The translations under genes were made by a program, and so were the position numbers. DNA of 64,000 nucleotides from Squalus acanthias (taxonomy: Eukaryota): NCBI GenBank assembly GCA_030390025.1, contig CM059438.1, positions 46,686,001 to 46,750,000 on the forward strand, in the 5' to 3' direction. The notes beneath the pieces were generated by a model. It did no database searches. It was not told the DNA's origin and was given only the letters and a program-made list of their open reading frames with translations. Of this stretch, positions 61,478 to 64,000 are shown piece by piece (position 1 is the stretch's first letter; each line of letters starts with the position of its first letter).

Positions 61478-62017
61478 ATAACAACAGAAAACGCTGGAAA
61501 AACTCAGCAGGCCAGGCAGCATCCGTGGAGAGAGAAAGAGAGTTAACGTTTCAGGTCGATGACCTTTCATCAGAACTGGGAAGAGCCGGAAATCAAATAG
61601 ATTTAAGGCCAGGGTAAAGCTGGGAAAAGGGGGAGGGGATAAAGGAACAAAAGGAGAGATGAAGAGACATTAAGAGACATTAAGAGATATGCAAGGCTAG
61701 AGGTGGTGTTAATGTGACAGATTAAGGCTGAATGAAGTGTGAAATCCACTGGCAGAATGAAGGACAGCTGCCAGCTTCTAGGAGGAAAAAAAAGGTGGGG
61801 GGGGGACAAATAAAAGGGTGGATAAAATAAAATATAAATGTGATTGGAGCTGAGGTTATGATCTAAAATTGTTGAACTCGATATTGAGTCCAGAGGGCTG
61901 TAGCGTGCCTAAACGAAAGATGAGGTGCTGTTCCTCGAGCTTACGCTGAGCTTCCGTGGAACAGTGTAATAGGCCGAGGACGGTGAGGTCAGAGTGGGAG
62001 TGAAGCGGTGAATTAAT
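61478..62017 (-). mobile_element. Penelope-like retroelement fragment with 13-bp TSD
   Basis: Minus-strand translation NSPLHSHSDLTVLGLLHCSTEAQRKLEEQHLIFRLGTLQPSGLNIEFNNFRS*; tctgttttagtga at 61465-61477 and 62018-62030. Confidence 0.88.
61541..61577 (-). ncRNA. Minimal hammerhead ribozyme motif (Penelope type)
   Basis: Minus strand: agtt-CTGATGA-A-AGGTC-atc-GACCT-GAAA-CG-TT-aact. Confidence 0.75.
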
Positions 62018-63599
62018 TCTGTTTTAGTGATGTTGGTTGATAAATATTGGCCAGGACACGGGAGGGGGGGGGGGAGGACTTCTCCACTGTTCTTCGAAAT
62101 AGTGCCGCGGGATCTTTTAAGTCCACACGAGTGGGCAGACGGGGTCTCGGTTTAACGCCTCATCCAAAAGGTGGCACCGCCGACAGTGCAGCACGCCCTC
62201 AGTGCTGCACTGGAGTGCCAGCCTAGATTTTCTGCGTAGAGTTTGAACACCACGTGCAGAATAAGAATCGAGTTGTATCTGCGCTGAACTGTGGGTGTGG
62301 TTGTTTGTATGCACACTGACCAGGATTGGAATGCCCTGATTTTCTGCGCAAGTTTCTGGAGTGGGACTTGAACCCACAACCTTCTGACTCGGAGGCAAGA
62401 GTGCTACCCACTGAGCCACGGCTGACACAATCGAGCCCCAAGTGTTGCTACAGATTCAAGTAGTAGCACGTATGTGAGCCATTTTGAACGCATCTCCTCA
62501 CTGGGATGACAGTAAGTTTTATTTGTTTGAAGGCAAGACGTGGGAAGACATTAGAAAGCAGTGCTGCCAACTGCAAAGCACTTCTCCCCAATACCACACT
62601 GCAGGTCAGTGTAAAATATGGGCACTGAGCCAAGTGGGGTTTTAAAAACTCTCTCATATCCCTAACATTTTACACAGCTAAGGAATGCTCTCACTGCACA
62701 TAATATTCTGGGGTCAACAAGTGAATATCCTGATGGTACCGGTCAGGGTTACCCCAACACTGCAAAGCCTCCACATTTTCAAATGAAACCAAACGCAATT
62801 AAAATAAGCCACCAAATCTTTACAACTCAAATGAGGTGAAGACAAAAACAGGGTCCAAAAGTGCTCACTCTGCCCTTCTGAATCAACACAGTGCCCTGGA
62901 AGATACATACAATCGCAGTCTTAAAAACTAACATACCGACTGTGACGCAGTAGCGACAGCAAATCAAAAGGCAAAGGGGAGGGAACAGCCGAGATTTAGC
63001 CCTTACTATGCTCAACAGGTACGAAGTAGCTTTAACAGCAAATATTACACCAGTGCCTTAAGGGTTAACTTCCTTGCCAGCAAGAGGCTTAAAGCAGCAG
63101 TACTGATCATGTAGGTCTACACAGTCTATTACAAATCATGGACACGCCCATTCACAAAGTTCTCCAAAAACATTGAAAACACAAATACACGTTAGAACGT
63201 GTGTCAAAATCTGGACCACATAGCACATTCAAAATCACCAACATTTGCCATTAAATGATTCTACAAACATTTTAGATCAATAGGATTAATCTGATAAAAT
63301 TATTAGGATTTTTTTTTTGTTGCAAAAATGGCCAATTGATATTTTATCAATGTTCCCTGTGTAGACCTCAGCAAAAAATGTACTGCAATTTTTTTTTAAA
63401 GATACTTCAGTTCATTTTAATTAGCTGGTGTGCTGAATGATATAATGGCTTTGGCTGATGCAACAGTCTAGGTGGGTGGGGGTCGGGGAATGGATAGGAA
63501 AATAAAATAAATTATTTCATGCTGCTGCAGACACGCCTGAAAATGAGCGGAGGGACGAGAGGGGGGGGGGGGGGAATGTTCACAACAGATCAGGGAGCC

Positions 63600-64000
63600 C
63601 TGTTAAAAGGCCAGAGCATTAATCGTGGGGGATTTCAATGATCAATGTACTGACTGGGAGAAGAACAGAAGAAAAACTGAAAAGGCCTGCGTGTTTCTGG
63701 AGGTGGTACAGGATAGTTTCCTATGAAATCTGAGAGTTTTCTGGGATTTCATTTTTAGTGATGACCCAAGTCTGGCAAATAGGACAAACATACAGTATCC
63801 TGTCACGATGTGTTAGAATCAAAATGCTCATGAGGTTACGTGAAAAGAAACTAAAAATTATTGGATTTTAAAAGAACAGGCTTCAAGAAAATGCACAATG
63901 GGCTTTCAGATGTTAATTGGGATACAAGAATGGGTGAGAGATTTACAACAACGGTAGAAAGTGTTTAAGAAACTGTGGGTGAGGATACAAGTCAACTTCA
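63600..64000 (+). mobile_element. Degenerate CR1 endonuclease-region fragment
   Basis: LIVGDFN..DW motif; ggattttaaaagaacaggcttc. Confidence 0.55.

Larger units (their letters stand above)
61290..62428 (-). mobile_element. Deu-type SINE carrying two nested insertions
   Basis: Head at about 62350-62428, tail at about 61290-61470; interrupted at 61478-62017 and 62237-62337. Confidence 0.8.

Overview
Eukaryotic (vertebrate) genomic DNA, most likely a cartilaginous fish judging by its repeat families (V-SINE, Deu-type SINEs, CR1, L2, Penelope-like). The whole window lies inside ankyrin-G (ANK3) on the minus strand. I reconstructed 15 in-phase exons by hand, running from the linker before ZU5 (59630) through ZU5-ZU5-UPA, a 27-nt microexon and the 7845-nt neuronal giant exon (9500-17344) to the first death-domain exon (8779-8853). 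The gene continues beyond both ends. Introns are full of LINE/SINE fragments, a ~3-kb G-rich 26-bp minisatellite (source of the spurious ~1000-aa ORFs) and one N gap. The most notable observations are: (1) Penelope-like inserts with target-site duplications carrying minimal hammerhead ribozyme cores, one inside a near-perfect ~170-bp palindrome; (2) a 99-nt ZU5 cassette exon, missed by the ORF track, with a UGCAUG in its acceptor; (3) two candidate unannotated exons (56423-56485, 60116-60211); (4) an apparently shifted internal donor for the 270-kDa isoform; (5) a locally templated inverted insertion. Homology calls come from memory of the families, and no database search was run. I see no convincing wholly new multi-gene system.
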